The position numbers were made by a program, and so were the translations under genes. From an uncultured Gammaproteobacteria bacterium (GTDB lineage: Bacteria; Pseudomonadota; Gammaproteobacteria; DATFLG01), in assembly GCA_963830105.1 (NCBI GenBank), contig CAWHLH010000003.1, positions 856,373 to 920,372 of the forward strand: a stretch of 64,000 nucleotides of DNA, in the 5' to 3' direction. The notes under the pieces were generated by a model. The model saw nothing but the letters and a program-made list of their open reading frames with translations, made no database searches and was not told where the DNA came from. The first letter of the stretch is position 1. Each line of letters opens with the position of its first letter. This document shows positions 35,271-46,644 of the stretch, piece after piece.

Positions 35271-36749
35271 ATGAATGAAGATGCTACACACGGACTCGAC
35301 CGTCCGGCGCTGCTCACCGCAATGCTGACGGTGCTGCCGGCCGATAGTGTCGTGCATGCAGCCGAGGAACTGGCCGCCTACGAGTGCGATGGCCTGTCCG
35401 CCTACAGGCGTACCCCTCAGCTGGTGGTCCTGCCACAGACCATCGAGCAGGTGCAGGAGGTGCTGCGCCTGTGCGCCGCCCATCGGATTCCCGTGGTCGC
35501 ACGCGGCGCCGGCACCAGTCTCTCCGGCGGCGCGCTGCCCGATGCGCGGGGCGTGGTGCTCAGCCTGGCGCGCTTCAACCGCATTCTGGACATCGATTCA
35601 CGCAGCCGCACAGCCCGGGTGCAGCCGGGCGTGCGCAACCTTGCAATCTCCGAAGCCGCGGCGCCCCATGGCCTCTACTACGCTCCCGATCCGTCCTCCC
35701 AGATCGCCTGCTCCATCGGCGGCAACGTGGGAGAGAACGCCGGTGGCGTGCACTGCCTGAAATATGGCCTCACAGTCCACAATATTCTCAAACTGGAAGT
35801 GGTCACCATCGACGGCGAACGGCTCACCATCGGCAGCGACGCCCTGGACGCACCGGGCTACGATCTGCTGGCGCTGATGACCGGTTCCGAGGGTTTGCTC
35901 GCGATCATCGTGGAAATCACCGTCAGGCTGCTGCCCAAACCCGAACGCGCCCAGGTGGTGCTGGCCGCCTTCGAGCAGGTGGAGCGCGCCGGCGAGGCGG
36001 TGGCCGCAATCATCGCCCAGGGCATCATTCCGGCCGGGCTGGAATTGATGGACAACCCGGCCATCCGGGCGGCGGAAGACTTCGTGCATGCCGGCTACCC
36101 CACCGACGCCGCAGCCATCCTGCTCTGCGAACTGGACGGCACCAACGCCGAAGTCTCCGAGCAGATCATGAAGGTACGCGAGATCCTGACGGAACTGGGC
36201 GCAACGGAGGTGCGCACCGCCGACAGCGAACAACAGCGTCAGCGCTTCTGGGCGGGGCGCAAAGCGGCGTTTCCCGCCGTGGGGCGACTGGCACCGGACT
36301 ACTACTGCATGGACGGCACCATACCGCGCAAGCATCTGGGCCCGGTGCTGCACCGCATCGACGAACTTTCCAAACAGTTCGGTCTGGCGGTCGCCAACGT
36401 CTTTCATGCGGGGGACGGCAACCTGCACCCGCTGATCCTCTACGATGCCAACCACCCGGGAGAGCTGGAGCGGGCGGAGGCCTTCGGCGCGGCCATTCTG
36501 GAGCTCTGCGTGGAAGTGGGAGGAACCATCACCGGTGAGCACGGGGTGGGGATAGAGAAAATCGACCAGATGTGCGTGCAGTTCGCCGCCGGCGAGCTCA
36601 ACCAGTTCCATGCAGTCAAAGCAGCGTTCGACCCCCATGAGTTGCTCAATCCGGGCAAAGGCGTTCCCACCCTGCATCGCTGCGCCGAGTTTGGCGCCAT
36701 GCATGTGCATGCCGGAAAACTCCCTCATCCGGAACTGGAACGCTTCTAG
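35271..36749 (+). CDS. glcD: Glycolate oxidase subunit GlcD
   Basis: YECDGL, RGAGTSLSGG, APDPSSQIACSIGGN, HAGDGNLHP, GEHGVG. Confidence 0.93.
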   Translation: MNEDATHGLDRPALLTAMLTVLPADSVVHAAEELAAYECDGLSAYRRTPQLVVLPQTIEQVQEVLRLCAAHRIPVVARGAGTSLSGGALPDARGVVLSLARFNRILDIDSRSRTARVQPGVRNLAISEAAAPHGLYYAPDPSSQIACSIGGNVGENAGGVHCLKYGLTVHNILKLEVVTIDGERLTIGSDALDAPGYDLLALMTGSEGLLAIIVEITVRLLPKPERAQVVLAAFEQVERAGEAVAAIIAQGIIPAGLELMDNPAIRAAEDFVHAGYPTDAAAILLCELDGTNAEVSEQIMKVREILTELGATEVRTADSEQQRQRFWAGRKAAFPAVGRLAPDYYCMDGTIPRKHLGPVLHRIDELSKQFGLAVANVFHAGDGNLHPLILYDANHPGELERAEAFGAAILELCVEVGGTITGEHGVGIEKIDQMCVQFAAGELNQFHAVKAAFDPHELLNPGKGVPTLHRCAEFGAMHVHAGKLPHPELERF

Positions 36750-36800
36750 GATGGAAAGACCCAACGACAGTCTGCATTCCGGCCGGCGGCGAAGTGCATC

Positions 36801-37865
36801 ATGAACGATTCCAATCACAGCACCGACATCGCGACGCGGGTGCAAGCCGCCGCCGAACAGCGTACCCCCTTACGTATCGTAGGAGGCGGCAGCAAGGACT
36901 TCTACGGCCGCGCCTGTAAAGGCGAGCTTCTCGATCTGAACGGACACCGCGGCGTGATCGACTACGAGCCGTCGGAACTGGTGATCACCGCGCGCTCGGG
37001 CACACCGCTGAGCGCCGTGGAGGCCGTCCTCGCCGAACAGGGCCAGATGCTTGCCTTCGATCCACCCCACTTCGCAGCTGCCGCCACCCTGGGCGGGACC
37101 ATCGCCTGCGGCCTTTCCGGGCCGCGCCGTCCCTACACCGGCGCGGTGCGCGACTTCGTGCTCGGCGTGAAAGTGATCAACGGCCGCGGCGAGGCGCTGG
37201 TCTTCGGGGGACAGGTGATGAAGAACGTCGCCGGCTACGATCTGTCCCGCCTGATGGCCGGAGCGCTGGGGACACTGGGCGTGCTGCTGGACGTATCGCT
37301 CAAGGTCCTGCCCATACCGCCTGCGGAAATCACCCTCTGTCGAAATGCCGGCGTGACCCAGGCGCTCGACTGCTTCAACGAGTGGGCCGGACAGCCCCTG
37401 CCGCTCTCCGCAGCCTGCTTCGATGGAGAACGGCTTTACGTCCGCCTGTCGGGAACCGCACAGGGGGTTGAGCAGGGGCGGATACGGATCGGTGGTGATA
37501 TCCTGCCGGACGGAGACGACTTCTGGATGTCGGTGCGCGAGCAACATCACCCGTTCTTTGCCGACGAGCGTCCGCTCTGGCGCCTGTCCGTGCCGCCGGC
37601 GTCCGCACCGCTGGACATCAACGGGCGCTGGCTCGTCGACTGGGGCGGCGCTCAGCGCTGGCTTTCCACCGATGCACCTGCGGCGGAGGTGCGCTCGGCG
37701 GCTGCACGGGCCGGTGGACATGCCACCTTGTTCCGCGGCGGCGACCGCTCCGCCAGCGTGTTCCATGAACTTACACCGGCACTGGCGGCGCTGCAGCGGC
37801 GTGTAAAGGCGGCGCTGGATCCGGCCGGAATTCTGAACCCCGGCCGCCTGTACCCGGACTGGTAG
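36801..37865 (+). CDS. glcE: Glycolate oxidase subunit GlcE
   Basis: YEPSELV, GGQVMKNVAGYDLSRL, DWGGAQRW, DPAGILNPGR. Confidence 0.93.
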   Translation: MNDSNHSTDIATRVQAAAEQRTPLRIVGGGSKDFYGRACKGELLDLNGHRGVIDYEPSELVITARSGTPLSAVEAVLAEQGQMLAFDPPHFAAAATLGGTIACGLSGPRRPYTGAVRDFVLGVKVINGRGEALVFGGQVMKNVAGYDLSRLMAGALGTLGVLLDVSLKVLPIPPAEITLCRNAGVTQALDCFNEWAGQPLPLSAACFDGERLYVRLSGTAQGVEQGRIRIGGDILPDGDDFWMSVREQHHPFFADERPLWRLSVPPASAPLDINGRWLVDWGGAQRWLSTDAPAAEVRSAAARAGGHATLFRGGDRSASVFHELTPALAALQRRVKAALDPAGILNPGRLYPDW

Positions 37866-37893
37866 GCGCCGGCGCACCGACGGACATCAAATC

Positions 37894-39114
37894 GTGCAGA
37901 CCCGCATCCCCCAAGCAGTTCTCGACACCGACTACGGCCAGGAAGCCGAGCGCATTCTGCGCGCCTGCGTACACTGCGGGTTCTGCAACGCCACCTGCCC
38001 CACCTATCAGCTGCTGGGCGACGAACTGGATGGCCCGCGCGGGCGCATCTACCAGATCAAGCGCGTGCTGGAAGGCGAACCGGCCTCGGCCCGCACGCGG
38101 TTGCATCTGGACCGCTGCCTGACCTGCCGGGCCTGCGAGACCACCTGCCCGTCCGGCGTGCAATACGGCCGGCTGGTGGACATCGGACGAGCGCTGGCCG
38201 AACGGCAGGCCCCACGTCGCTGGAGCGAGCGGGCGATGCGCGCGGCGCTGCGTACCGTGCTGACCCACCCGCGCGTCTTCGGCGCCCTGCTGCGTACCGG
38301 CCAGTGGCTGCGCCCCGTGCTGCCCGCACCGTTGCGCGCGAAGGTGCCCCCGGCCCAACGCTCCATGGAGCGTCCCTCCACCGGCCGGCATTCACGCACC
38401 ATGGTGCTGCTGGAGGGCTGCGCGCAGCCGGCGCTGGCCCCGCAGATCAACGCGGCAGCGACACAGGTCCTGGACCGGCTCGGCATCACCGCGCTGACCG
38501 CACCGGGCGCCGGCTGCTGCGGCGCAGTGAGTCAGCACCTGTCCGCACCCGAAGACGCGCTGGACTTCGCGCGCCGCAACATCGACGCCTGGTGGCCGCT
38601 GGTGGAAGACGGCGCCGAAACCCTGGTCATGACCGCCAGCGGGTGCGGAGCCATGGTCCGCGACTACGGCCATCTGTTGCGCAACGACCCTGTCTACGCC
38701 CCCAAGGCCGCACGTATCTCGGCCATAACCCGCGACATCGCGGAAGTGGTCGCGGCCGAGGATATATCGGCACTGCGGCCAGCCGCCAACGCACCCCGGC
38801 GCATCGCGTTCCAGTCCCCCTGCACCCTGCAGCATGGCCAGCAGTTGGGCGGTGTGGTCGAGGGCCTGCTCGACAGGCTGGGCTTCGAGCTGACGCCGGT
38901 GGCGGACGCTCATCTGTGCTGCGGCTCCGCCGGCACCTACTCCATTGTGCAGCCGCAGCTGTCCGAGCGGCTGCGGGCCAACAAACTGGCGGCATTGCAG
39001 GCCGGTGAGCCGGCTCTGATCGCCACCGCGAACATCGGCTGTCTCCATCACCTGCAAAGCGCCACCGCTTTGCAGGTCCGGCACTGGATCGAACTGCTCG
39101 TCGAGCATCCATAG
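37894..39114 (+). CDS. glcF: Glycolate oxidase iron-sulfur subunit GlcF
   Basis: CVHCGFCNATCP, CLTCRACETTCP, CCG motifs, TANIGC. Confidence 0.93.
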   Translation: MQTRIPQAVLDTDYGQEAERILRACVHCGFCNATCPTYQLLGDELDGPRGRIYQIKRVLEGEPASARTRLHLDRCLTCRACETTCPSGVQYGRLVDIGRALAERQAPRRWSERAMRAALRTVLTHPRVFGALLRTGQWLRPVLPAPLRAKVPPAQRSMERPSTGRHSRTMVLLEGCAQPALAPQINAAATQVLDRLGITALTAPGAGCCGAVSQHLSAPEDALDFARRNIDAWWPLVEDGAETLVMTASGCGAMVRDYGHLLRNDPVYAPKAARISAITRDIAEVVAAEDISALRPAANAPRRIAFQSPCTLQHGQQLGGVVEGLLDRLGFELTPVADAHLCCGSAGTYSIVQPQLSERLRANKLAALQAGEPALIATANIGCLHHLQSATALQVRHWIELLVEHP

Positions 39115-39436
39115 ACGTTCCTTCCGACCCACCCTCACTGAATACATGGCCATTGCGCCGGCCGGCGCAGCGAACCGCCATCGGCCGCCGTACCGGCGCG
39201 CAGCCACCGGCGACGGCATGGAGAGCGAACCGCCGCAGCCATCGCCACACAGGCAGCATGCAATCCGTCGGCGGCCACCTTGGGGGATGTCTACGCTATT
39301 CGGATGACCGCGATCCAATAGCGTCAAACAGGCCCTGATGCAGTCGGGCCCCGACACGGAGTGCCAAACCCGGCCGTTCCGCGACAACGGGAAAAACGGG
39401 CATATACTCACTCTGGGGAGCTGAGGAGAAGAAACG

Positions 39437-40252
39437 ATGCCTGAAACCGACGCACCTTTGCTGATCGAACCCGACGACCTGGAGGAGCGCCTGGGCACAC
39501 CGGAGCTGCTGGTGGTGGACCTCAGCAAGCCCGCGATCCACGCCCAGCTCCATGTCCCCGGCGCCGTACACCTGGACTACGCCCGTATCATCGACCGGGA
39601 CCATCCCACCATGGGCCTGCTGCCCACTGACACGGTCCTGACCGAGGTCCTGTCCGGTCTTGGACTGAACCCGGACAGCCACGTGGTGGCCTATGACGAC
39701 GAGGGCGGCGGGCGGGCGTCACGCCTGCTGTGGACCCTGGACGTCATCGGCCACCGGCGCTTTTCCCTGCTCAACGGCGGACTGCATGCCTGGGCCAACG
39801 AAGGATATCCCGTGGACCGCATCCCGGCCGCACCGACGCCAAGCCGATACGCCGCCCGATCACAGGACGGCCCGGTCGCCGATTACGGGTACATCCTGGC
39901 GCATCTCGCGGATTCGGACACGCACCTGCTCGACGTACGCAGCCCCGGGGAATATGAGGGCCGGGACGCGCGTGCCGCGCGAGGCGGTCATATTCCGGGG
40001 GCCGTCAACTTCGAATGGACGCTCGCCATGGACCGCGACCGCAACCTGCGGCTCAAGCCGGCAGAGCAGCTCGAACATGCCCTTGGCGCCCTGGGCATCA
40101 GCCGCGAACGCGAAGTCATTACTTATTGCCAGACACACCACCGCTCGGCGCACACGTACATGGTGCTCAAGACACTGGGTTTCCCGCGACTGAAGGGCTA
40201 CCCGGGTTCATGGTCGGACTGGGGCAATCGTCCCGACGCCCCCGTGGAATAA
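39437..40252 (+). CDS. rhdA: Tandem-domain rhodanese (thiosulfate sulfurtransferase, RhdA-type)
   Basis: HVPGA, LNGGLHAW, GHIPGA, active loop YCQTHHRS, YPGSWSDW. Confidence 0.88.
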   Translation: MPETDAPLLIEPDDLEERLGTPELLVVDLSKPAIHAQLHVPGAVHLDYARIIDRDHPTMGLLPTDTVLTEVLSGLGLNPDSHVVAYDDEGGGRASRLLWTLDVIGHRRFSLLNGGLHAWANEGYPVDRIPAAPTPSRYAARSQDGPVADYGYILAHLADSDTHLLDVRSPGEYEGRDARAARGGHIPGAVNFEWTLAMDRDRNLRLKPAEQLEHALGALGISREREVITYCQTHHRSAHTYMVLKTLGFPRLKGYPGSWSDWGNRPDAPVE

Positions 40253-40277
40253 AAAAGGCCGTCAGGGACTGACGGCC
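40251..40277 (-). terminator. Rho-independent terminator
   Basis: GGCCGTCAG/CTGACGGCC stem followed on the minus strand by a U-tract. Confidence 0.7.
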
Positions 40278-40314
40278 AGCGGCACCTGCGGCTTGCGCCG
40301 CAAAGGATGGCGGG

Positions 40315-40674
40315 TTAGCCGGTAATCCGGGCCGAGCGGATCAGCATGGCGTAGTTCGGGCAAAAGTCGAAATCACTCAAGGGCTGGTGGGCGTGCAGAC
40401 AACGCCGGCAGCGGTCCGTCCGCTCGCAGGCCTGGCACAGCCGCATCTCGCGTTCGATTTCGTGAAGGTAACGGCTGTGCAGGAAGTAACGGACATCGAT
40501 TCCCGCCCGCTGCAGCAGGCGACCCAGCAGCAAGCGGCCCAGGCGCTGTTCCATGTCCGCACGCACCGTCTGGCCGCGCGCCAGATTGCGTTCTATGCCG
40601 CGCGCCAGAGCGCCTGCCGTCAGCAGCAGACAACCGGCCATGACGGCCATCACGACGAAACTGATCTGATCCAT
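40315..40674 (-). CDS. Membrane-anchored Cys-rich protein (DUF6455-like)
   Basis: N-terminal TM; CQACERTDRCRRCL...DFCPN. Confidence 0.65.
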   Translation of the reverse strand: MDQISFVVMAVMAGCLLLTAGALARGIERNLARGQTVRADMEQRLGRLLLGRLLQRAGIDVRYFLHSRYLHEIEREMRLCQACERTDRCRRCLHAHQPLSDFDFCPNYAMLIRSARITG

Positions 40675-41014
40675 GAACGGTCCCTTCCGCAACAGAGCCA
40701 TTGCAGTGTGCCTGCGCGCGCCACGCGCGGCATTGACTCAGGTCAATGCCGACCGGTATCGACATAGCCTGAAGGCCCGCGGCGCAGAGCACTGCGGAGC
40801 ACCACGATCGCTCCGTCGTTTACCTGGATGGGCGCACGGTGTCGGAGGAGGGCTGTGCTGGACCGAGCACGTTGAAGGGGCCGCTCGACCGCCCAGCGGT
40901 GGCCGGCCCGATGCCGGGGCCTGCGGGCCGCATGTGAACGGATCCGCTCGGCGCAACACCATCGGAACGTCGGAGAATACTCCGTGCGGCACCGAGGGCA
41001 CGGCAGTGACCAGG

Positions 41015-41563
41015 TCACGCGCCTCGGAAGAAATGCTCCCGGTAGTACTGCAATTCGCGGATCGAGTCGCGCACGTCCTCCAGGGCCAGATGGGCCGCAT
41101 TCTTCTGGAAACCGTTGGCCATCGCTGGTGCCCAGCGCTTGGCCAACTCCTTGACGGAGCTGACGTCCAGGTTCCGGTAATGAAAATACTGTTCCAGATC
41201 AGGCATACAGCGCGCCAGAAAACGGCGATCCTGGCAGATGCTGTTACCGCACATGGGCGAGCAGTTGGCGGATACGTGCTTCTCGAGAAACTCCAGCGTG
41301 ATCCGTTCGGCGTCCTGCTCGTCCAGCGGACTCGATTTGACCCGCTCGACCAGGCCGGAGCGGGTATGCTGATTCGTGTTCCAGTCGTCCATGGCCGCTA
41401 GCACCCCGTCGGGCTGATGGATCGCCAATACCGGGCCTTCGGCAACCACGTTCAGGTCGCTGTCCGTTACGATGGTTGCAATCTCGATGATAGCGTCCGA
41501 ACTGCTGTCGAGACCGGTCATTTCCAGATCGATCCAGATCAGATTGTTAGGGCTCTGCGCCAT
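41015..41563 (-). CDS. orn: Oligoribonuclease
   Basis: [44 protein letters not shown]. Confidence 0.97.
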   Translation of the reverse strand: MAQSPNNLIWIDLEMTGLDSSSDAIIEIATIVTDSDLNVVAEGPVLAIHQPDGVLAAMDDWNTNQHTRSGLVERVKSSPLDEQDAERITLEFLEKHVSANCSPMCGNSICQDRRFLARCMPDLEQYFHYRNLDVSSVKELAKRWAPAMANGFQKNAAHLALEDVRDSIRELQYYREHFFRGA

Positions 41564-41649
41564 GAAATCCCCCTGCGGCATAGGTGGTTGTGTTCGATTG
41601 TACCAAAGGCTACCCTGATTGCGTGTGATGATAGGGCAAGTGCTTTCCA

Positions 41650-42918
41650 ATGAATGCTTTCACCGTGGCCTTCGTGCTGGCCATAGGCCTTTCGGGCCTT
41701 CTGCAGGCCTGGTTGGCACGCCGTCATCTGGCCCATATCCAGGCGCGCCGCGAGCAGGTTCCCGAAGCGTTCCGGGACACCATACCGCTGGCCTCCCATA
41801 GGAAGGCCGCCGACTACACCCTGGCCCGCACCCGCCTCGGGCTGGTGGAGCTGGCCTATGGTCTGGCCCTGCTGCTGGGCTGGACCCTGGGCGGCGGACT
41901 GGATCTGCTGGATCGTCTCTGGCTGGCCGCCGGACTCGGTCCCGTGGCCACCGGCGTCGGGGTCATGACCAGCGCATTCCTTATCATGGGCCTGCTGGAT
42001 CTGCCGTTCTCGGCCTATCAGACATTCGTGCTCGAGCAACGTTTCGGATTCAACCGCACCCACATCGGCACCTTCGTGGCCGATCTTGCGAAAGAGGCGC
42101 TGCTGCTGGTGCTGCTGGGTGCCCCGCTGGCCGCTCTGGTGCTTTGGCTGATGGCAGGCGCAGGGCCGCTCTGGTGGGTTTATGTGTGGGCCGTGTGGAT
42201 GGGCTTCTCGCTGCTGATGATGTGGGCCTATCCGGCTTTCATCGCCCCGCTGTTCAATCGCTTCACCCCTCTGAACGATGAAGCGCTCAAGACCCGCATC
42301 CAGAGGTTGCTGGCCAAATGCGGATTCCGCAGCCAGGGCATCTTCGTGATCGACGGCTCCCGGCGCTCCGGACATGGCAATGCCTACTTCAGCGGCCTTG
42401 GCCGCAACAAGCGCATCGTCTTCTTCGATACCCTTCTGAACAGCCTGGAACCCAACGAAATAGAGGCGGTACTGGCCCACGAACTGGGCCACTTCCGGCT
42501 CCGGCATGTGCAGAAGCGGATGGCGTCCATGGCCATGTTCAGCATAGCTGCGCTCGCGCTGCTTGCGTGGTTGATGGGTCAGCCCTGGTTCTACAGCGGT
42601 CTGGGCGTCAGCGTGCCGTCCACCTACATGGCACTGCTGCTGTTCATGCTGGTGACCCCGACAATCGGCGTGTTCCTGCAACCGGTGTTCAGCTGGCTGT
42701 CGCGCAAGCATGAGTTCGAGGCGGACAGCTACGCGGCCACCCAGGCCAACCCGAAGGATCTGATCAGCGCGTTGGTCAAACTCTACCGGGAAAACGCCAG
42801 CACCCTGACACCCGACCCGTTATACTCCGCGTTTCACGATTCACACCCGCCCGCACCGGTCCGCGTGGCCCATCTGGCCGGCGCGCACCACAACACACCA
42901 AGCGAGGTAACGCCATGA
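41650..42918 (+). CDS. M48 family metallopeptidase (Ste24-like)
   Basis: [34 protein letters not shown]. Confidence 0.93.
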   Translation: MNAFTVAFVLAIGLSGLLQAWLARRHLAHIQARREQVPEAFRDTIPLASHRKAADYTLARTRLGLVELAYGLALLLGWTLGGGLDLLDRLWLAAGLGPVATGVGVMTSAFLIMGLLDLPFSAYQTFVLEQRFGFNRTHIGTFVADLAKEALLLVLLGAPLAALVLWLMAGAGPLWWVYVWAVWMGFSLLMMWAYPAFIAPLFNRFTPLNDEALKTRIQRLLAKCGFRSQGIFVIDGSRRSGHGNAYFSGLGRNKRIVFFDTLLNSLEPNEIEAVLAHELGHFRLRHVQKRMASMAMFSIAALALLAWLMGQPWFYSGLGVSVPSTYMALLLFMLVTPTIGVFLQPVFSWLSRKHEFEADSYAATQANPKDLISALVKLYRENASTLTPDPLYSAFHDSHPPAPVRVAHLAGAHHNTPSEVTP

Positions 42919-43211
42919 AACGGAACTTCTTGATTGCGCTGTTTGCGGTCGGCATGCTGGCCGGCGCCGTCGGAGCCCGGGCCGCCGACCGGCCGGCCGA
43001 TCCCTCGGCGGGCGAAGCACTGGTGAAGGCACACTGCATGCGCTGTCATGGCACCGAAGTCTACGGCAAGAACCCGCTGCATATCGCCAATCTCGACGCG
43101 CTGCGTCACCAGCTGGACAACTGCACCCATGCCAGCGGCGTGAAATGGTCTAAGCAGCAGATGGCGGACGTCATCGCCTACCTGAACAAGACCTTCTATC
43201 ACTTCAAGTGA
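42915..43211 (+). CDS. Small monoheme c-type cytochrome
   Basis: Signal peptide, CMRCH, YLNKTFYHF. Confidence 0.82.
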   Translation: MKRNFLIALFAVGMLAGAVGARAADRPADPSAGEALVKAHCMRCHGTEVYGKNPLHIANLDALRHQLDNCTHASGVKWSKQQMADVIAYLNKTFYHFK

Positions 43212-43564
43212 GTGCGGACGCAATGGACAATGACGATCTGACGCAAAAGCACTGCAAGGTCTGCGAAGGGGGCACAACGCCACTGAGCCTGGACGATGCC
43301 CACGCGCTGCTGGCCCAGCTGCACGACGACTGGGCACTGAACGATCAGAGTACGGCCATCACCCGAACGTTCCACTTCAAGAATTACTACCAGACCATGG
43401 CTTTCGTGAATGCGGCCGCCTGGGTTGCCCATCAGGAAGATCATCATCCCGACATGGAGGTCGGGTACAACCGGTGCCGGGTGGACTACCGCACCCATGC
43501 CATAGGTGGCCTGTCCGAAAATGACTTCATCTGCGCCGCCAAGATCGACCGCCTTTTCGACTAG
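43208..43564 (+). CDS. phhB: Pterin-4-alpha-carbinolamine dehydratase
   Basis: FKNYYQTMAFVN, EDHHPD, THAIGGLSENDFICAAKID. Confidence 0.9.
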   Translation: MSADAMDNDDLTQKHCKVCEGGTTPLSLDDAHALLAQLHDDWALNDQSTAITRTFHFKNYYQTMAFVNAAAWVAHQEDHHPDMEVGYNRCRVDYRTHAIGGLSENDFICAAKIDRLFD

Positions 43565-43588
43565 GGCTCGAGAACGGCGCAACTCAGC

Positions 43589-44548
43589 ATGGACATGACA
43601 AGGCGGGGCCGCGGCCCTCGCCGCAGCAAACGCCCCTCGGCAGACGCAGCCCCCACCCCGGCCGCCAGGGCCGGGCGGGTCGTAACCCACCACGGCCGCT
43701 CGGCGGTGGTCGAAGGCTCCCAGGGTGAACTGCGCCTTTGCACGACCAGACGCAATGTCGGAACCGTCGTATGCGGCGACCGGGTGGAATGGCTTCCCGT
43801 CGGCCCGCAGCAGGGGGTGATCCAGGCCCTGCTGGCCCGCTCGAGCCTGCTGGCCAGATCCGACACCAGCGGCCGTTCGCGAGCCCTGGCGGCCAATGTG
43901 GATCAGGTCCTGATTGTCACCGCACCCGAGCCACCACTCTCCGAAGCACTGATCGACCGCTACCTGGTTGCCGCCGAACTGCTGCCGGCCCGAGCCGTTA
44001 TCGTGGTCAACAAGATCGACCTGCTGAACACGGCCGCACGCGAAGCGTTGGCGGTCCGACTGGACGAATACGAGCGGATCGGCTATCCGGTGATCTTCAC
44101 TACACGTTACGACCCGGGCACTTTGGAACCCCTGGGCCATCACCTGCAGGACAGGATCAGTATCCTGGTAGGGCAGTCCGGGGTAGGCAAATCGTCATTG
44201 GTCAATGCGCTGGTGCCCGACCGGGACGTCCGTGTAGGCGCGCTCTCCGAGGCAACCGGGTTGGGCCGCCATACCACCAGCGCCACGACGTTGTATCACC
44301 TCGCCGAAGGCGGGGATCTGATCGACTCGCCGGGCGTACGCGACTTCCACCTGGAGAGCGTGAATACTGCGGACCTCAACCGGAGCTTCCGCGAATTCGG
44401 CCCCTACCTGGGGCAGTGCCGGTTTCACAACTGCCGGCACGACAGGGAGCCGGGCTGCGCGGTGACTGCCGCCGCCGACCGGGGTCAGATCAGCCTGCGG
44501 CGCTTGGCCTCCTATCGTCAGCTGCTGAGTTCCCTCCACCCGCAGTAG
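43589..44548 (+). CDS. rsgA: Ribosome small subunit-dependent GTPase RsgA
   Basis: AANVDQ, NKID, GQSGVGKSS, GRHTT, DSPG, CRFHNCRH..EPGC. Confidence 0.95.
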   Translation: MDMTRRGRGPRRSKRPSADAAPTPAARAGRVVTHHGRSAVVEGSQGELRLCTTRRNVGTVVCGDRVEWLPVGPQQGVIQALLARSSLLARSDTSGRSRALAANVDQVLIVTAPEPPLSEALIDRYLVAAELLPARAVIVVNKIDLLNTAAREALAVRLDEYERIGYPVIFTTRYDPGTLEPLGHHLQDRISILVGQSGVGKSSLVNALVPDRDVRVGALSEATGLGRHTTSATTLYHLAEGGDLIDSPGVRDFHLESVNTADLNRSFREFGPYLGQCRFHNCRHDREPGCAVTAAADRGQISLRRLASYRQLLSSLHPQ

Positions 44549-44740
44549 CCCGCTGTCAGCAAGCCCCGCTCTGCGCGCTCGTTCGCCAAACGTCGGGCTG
44601 AACGGCGCAGCCAATCCAAGCTCCAAAGCGGGTGACGCCCAGCGGTTTCCACACCGTCCACCAACCTGCGCAAAGAACGCGTTCCGGCAATTGTCAATTT
44701 TTTGTACAGCGAATTGCCACTGTCATGGGACACACACACT

Positions 44741-44753
44741 TAACAAATTGATA
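44741..44753 (-). promoter_or_regulatory. IHF binding site
   Basis: TATCAATTTGTTA, exact match to WATCAANNNNTTR in an AT-rich patch upstream of a sigma54 promoter. Confidence 0.6.
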
Positions 44754-44871
44754 TATCAGTAACAATTTTGAAACAACCGCCTCCGAACGCGTCAACAACT
44801 TTTACAGCACAGTACCAGGGGGGAAATGGGCGCTATAAGCAAGCCTATGAATTAGCGGCCATTATATAGGA

Positions 44872-44887
44872 TGGCACCCCGCTTGCA
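44872..44887 (+). promoter_or_regulatory. Sigma54 (-24/-12) promoter of the regulator-porin operon
   Basis: TGGCAC-CCCGC-TTGCA, consensus GG-N10-GC. Confidence 0.75.
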
Positions 44888-45223
44888 GATGTTCGCTCCT
44901 AGCGCAATATTGTGGGGGCGAGGCTATGGAAAGTGCTCGCGCACCAACTCGTACAGTGCACTTCGACCCTTGTGTGGTGACCGCCGCGCCGATCACCACA
45001 CGGTTTTCCGCACGTCCGGCCTGCCGCCATCGGCCCGACCCACGGGCCGTCGCTCACTCCCGCCATCGAGTCGCGCACAGTCGCCCGGCGCACGCGCAGT
45101 TGACGTCGGGCAGCCAATGGCTTGTGCCTTGGCAGCATTTGTTGTCGCCCGCCTTGCCCCGACGCGGGGTCCTCTCCCCATGCTCCCCGTCGTCGCACCC
45201 CATGGAGATCAGGAGTTTCGATC

Positions 45224-46603
45224 ATGGAACGACAAAGAATCATCTATCTGAAGCCGCCGACCGACAGCGCCTCACTGGAGAATCAGCTCACCAGCGCCGA
45301 TTGGGCGGTGGCGGCCACCACCGACATCGACACGGCGGCACACTGGTCCCAGGATCGCGGCGTGTGCGTCGGACTGATCCACTTCAGCGAAACCCATCTG
45401 GAACAGCACAAGCACGCAATTGAAGGCCTCATGGCGGTCAACCCCAACCTGGAGTGGATCGGTGTCTTGCCCAGGGAACTGCTCGAGGCCGCCATCCGTA
45501 GCGGACTGGTTCCCGGTTTTCTGTTCGATTACCACACGCTGCCAATCGATCTGCCACGGTTGCTGCACACCATCGGCCATGCCTGCGGCATGGCAAACGC
45601 CAACCAGCAGGCATCCTTCCTCTTGAGCGAGCCCGCGGAGCGAGTCATGATCGGCAGCAGTGCCGCCATGCAGTGCGTCGTCCAGAACATCCGCAAAGTC
45701 GCCGGCGTCGACGCCCCGGTGATGATCACCGGCGAGAGCGGGACGGGAAAGGAACTCGCGGCACGCGCCATACACGCTCAGTCCCCGCGCCGCCGCGGAC
45801 CGTTTCAGGCCATCAATTGCGGCGCCCTGCCCACCCACCTCATTCAGTCGGAACTGTTCGGTCACGAAAAAGGCGCATTCACCGGGGCCCACCGACGCCA
45901 CACCGGTCGCATAGAAGCGGCGAACGGCGGCACGGTTTTCCTGGACGAGATCGGCGACCTGTCCCTGGATCTTCAGGTCAACCTGCTGCGCTTCCTGCAG
46001 GAAGGTACGATCGAGCGGATAGGCAACACCGAACCGCTGCGGGTGAATGGCCGCGTGATAGCGGCGACCCACGATGACTTGCAGGAAGCCGTGCAACGGG
46101 GTCGTTTCCGCGAGGATCTGTACTACCGCCTGAACGTGCTGCACCTGAGGCTACCGCCGCTTCGAGAGAGGCGCGAGGACATCGAAGCTCTGGCGGAGCA
46201 CTACTTCCACCAATACCACCGGGAACGGAACCGCAATGTACGCGGATTCAGCCGCCACGCTCTGGACGCGCTGAAAGCCTACGACTGGCCGGGAAACGTT
46301 CGTGAACTGGTGAATCGCGTACGGCGGGCGACCATCATGTGCGAACATCGGCTCATCTCCCCCGCCGAGCTGGGACTGGACGCCAAGACCGTCGCCCAGG
46401 GTGCGTCTGCGACGCTGGCCCATGCGCGCAGCATGGCCGAACGTCAGGCAATACTGGACTCCCTGATGCTGACCAACAACAACATTTCGGAGGCGGCCCG
46501 CCGACTCGGCGTGGCACGCGTCACGCTATACCGCCTGATGGACAAATACGGCCTTGCTATACCTAACCGGTCCGGTGGCGAGCCCATGCACTCGCGCGCA
46601 TGA
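45224..46603 (+). CDS. Sigma54-dependent enhancer-binding protein, VpsR-like N-terminal domain
   Basis: [35 protein letters not shown], Fis-type HTH; atypical receiver ending FDYHTLP; AGGAG RBS. Confidence 0.9.
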   Translation: MERQRIIYLKPPTDSASLENQLTSADWAVAATTDIDTAAHWSQDRGVCVGLIHFSETHLEQHKHAIEGLMAVNPNLEWIGVLPRELLEAAIRSGLVPGFLFDYHTLPIDLPRLLHTIGHACGMANANQQASFLLSEPAERVMIGSSAAMQCVVQNIRKVAGVDAPVMITGESGTGKELAARAIHAQSPRRRGPFQAINCGALPTHLIQSELFGHEKGAFTGAHRRHTGRIEAANGGTVFLDEIGDLSLDLQVNLLRFLQEGTIERIGNTEPLRVNGRVIAATHDDLQEAVQRGRFREDLYYRLNVLHLRLPPLRERREDIEALAEHYFHQYHRERNRNVRGFSRHALDALKAYDWPGNVRELVNRVRRATIMCEHRLISPAELGLDAKTVAQGASATLAHARSMAERQAILDSLMLTNNNISEAARRLGVARVTLYRLMDKYGLAIPNRSGGEPMHSRA

Positions 46604-46644
46604 GCGGTACCCGGGACGGCGTCAACAACAGGGGGAGAATCGCC

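Noticed and set aside
43208-43564. Carboxysome-associated PCD-like Rubisco assembly factor
   Set aside because: Catalytic EDHHPD motif is intact and no carboxysome genes are nearby
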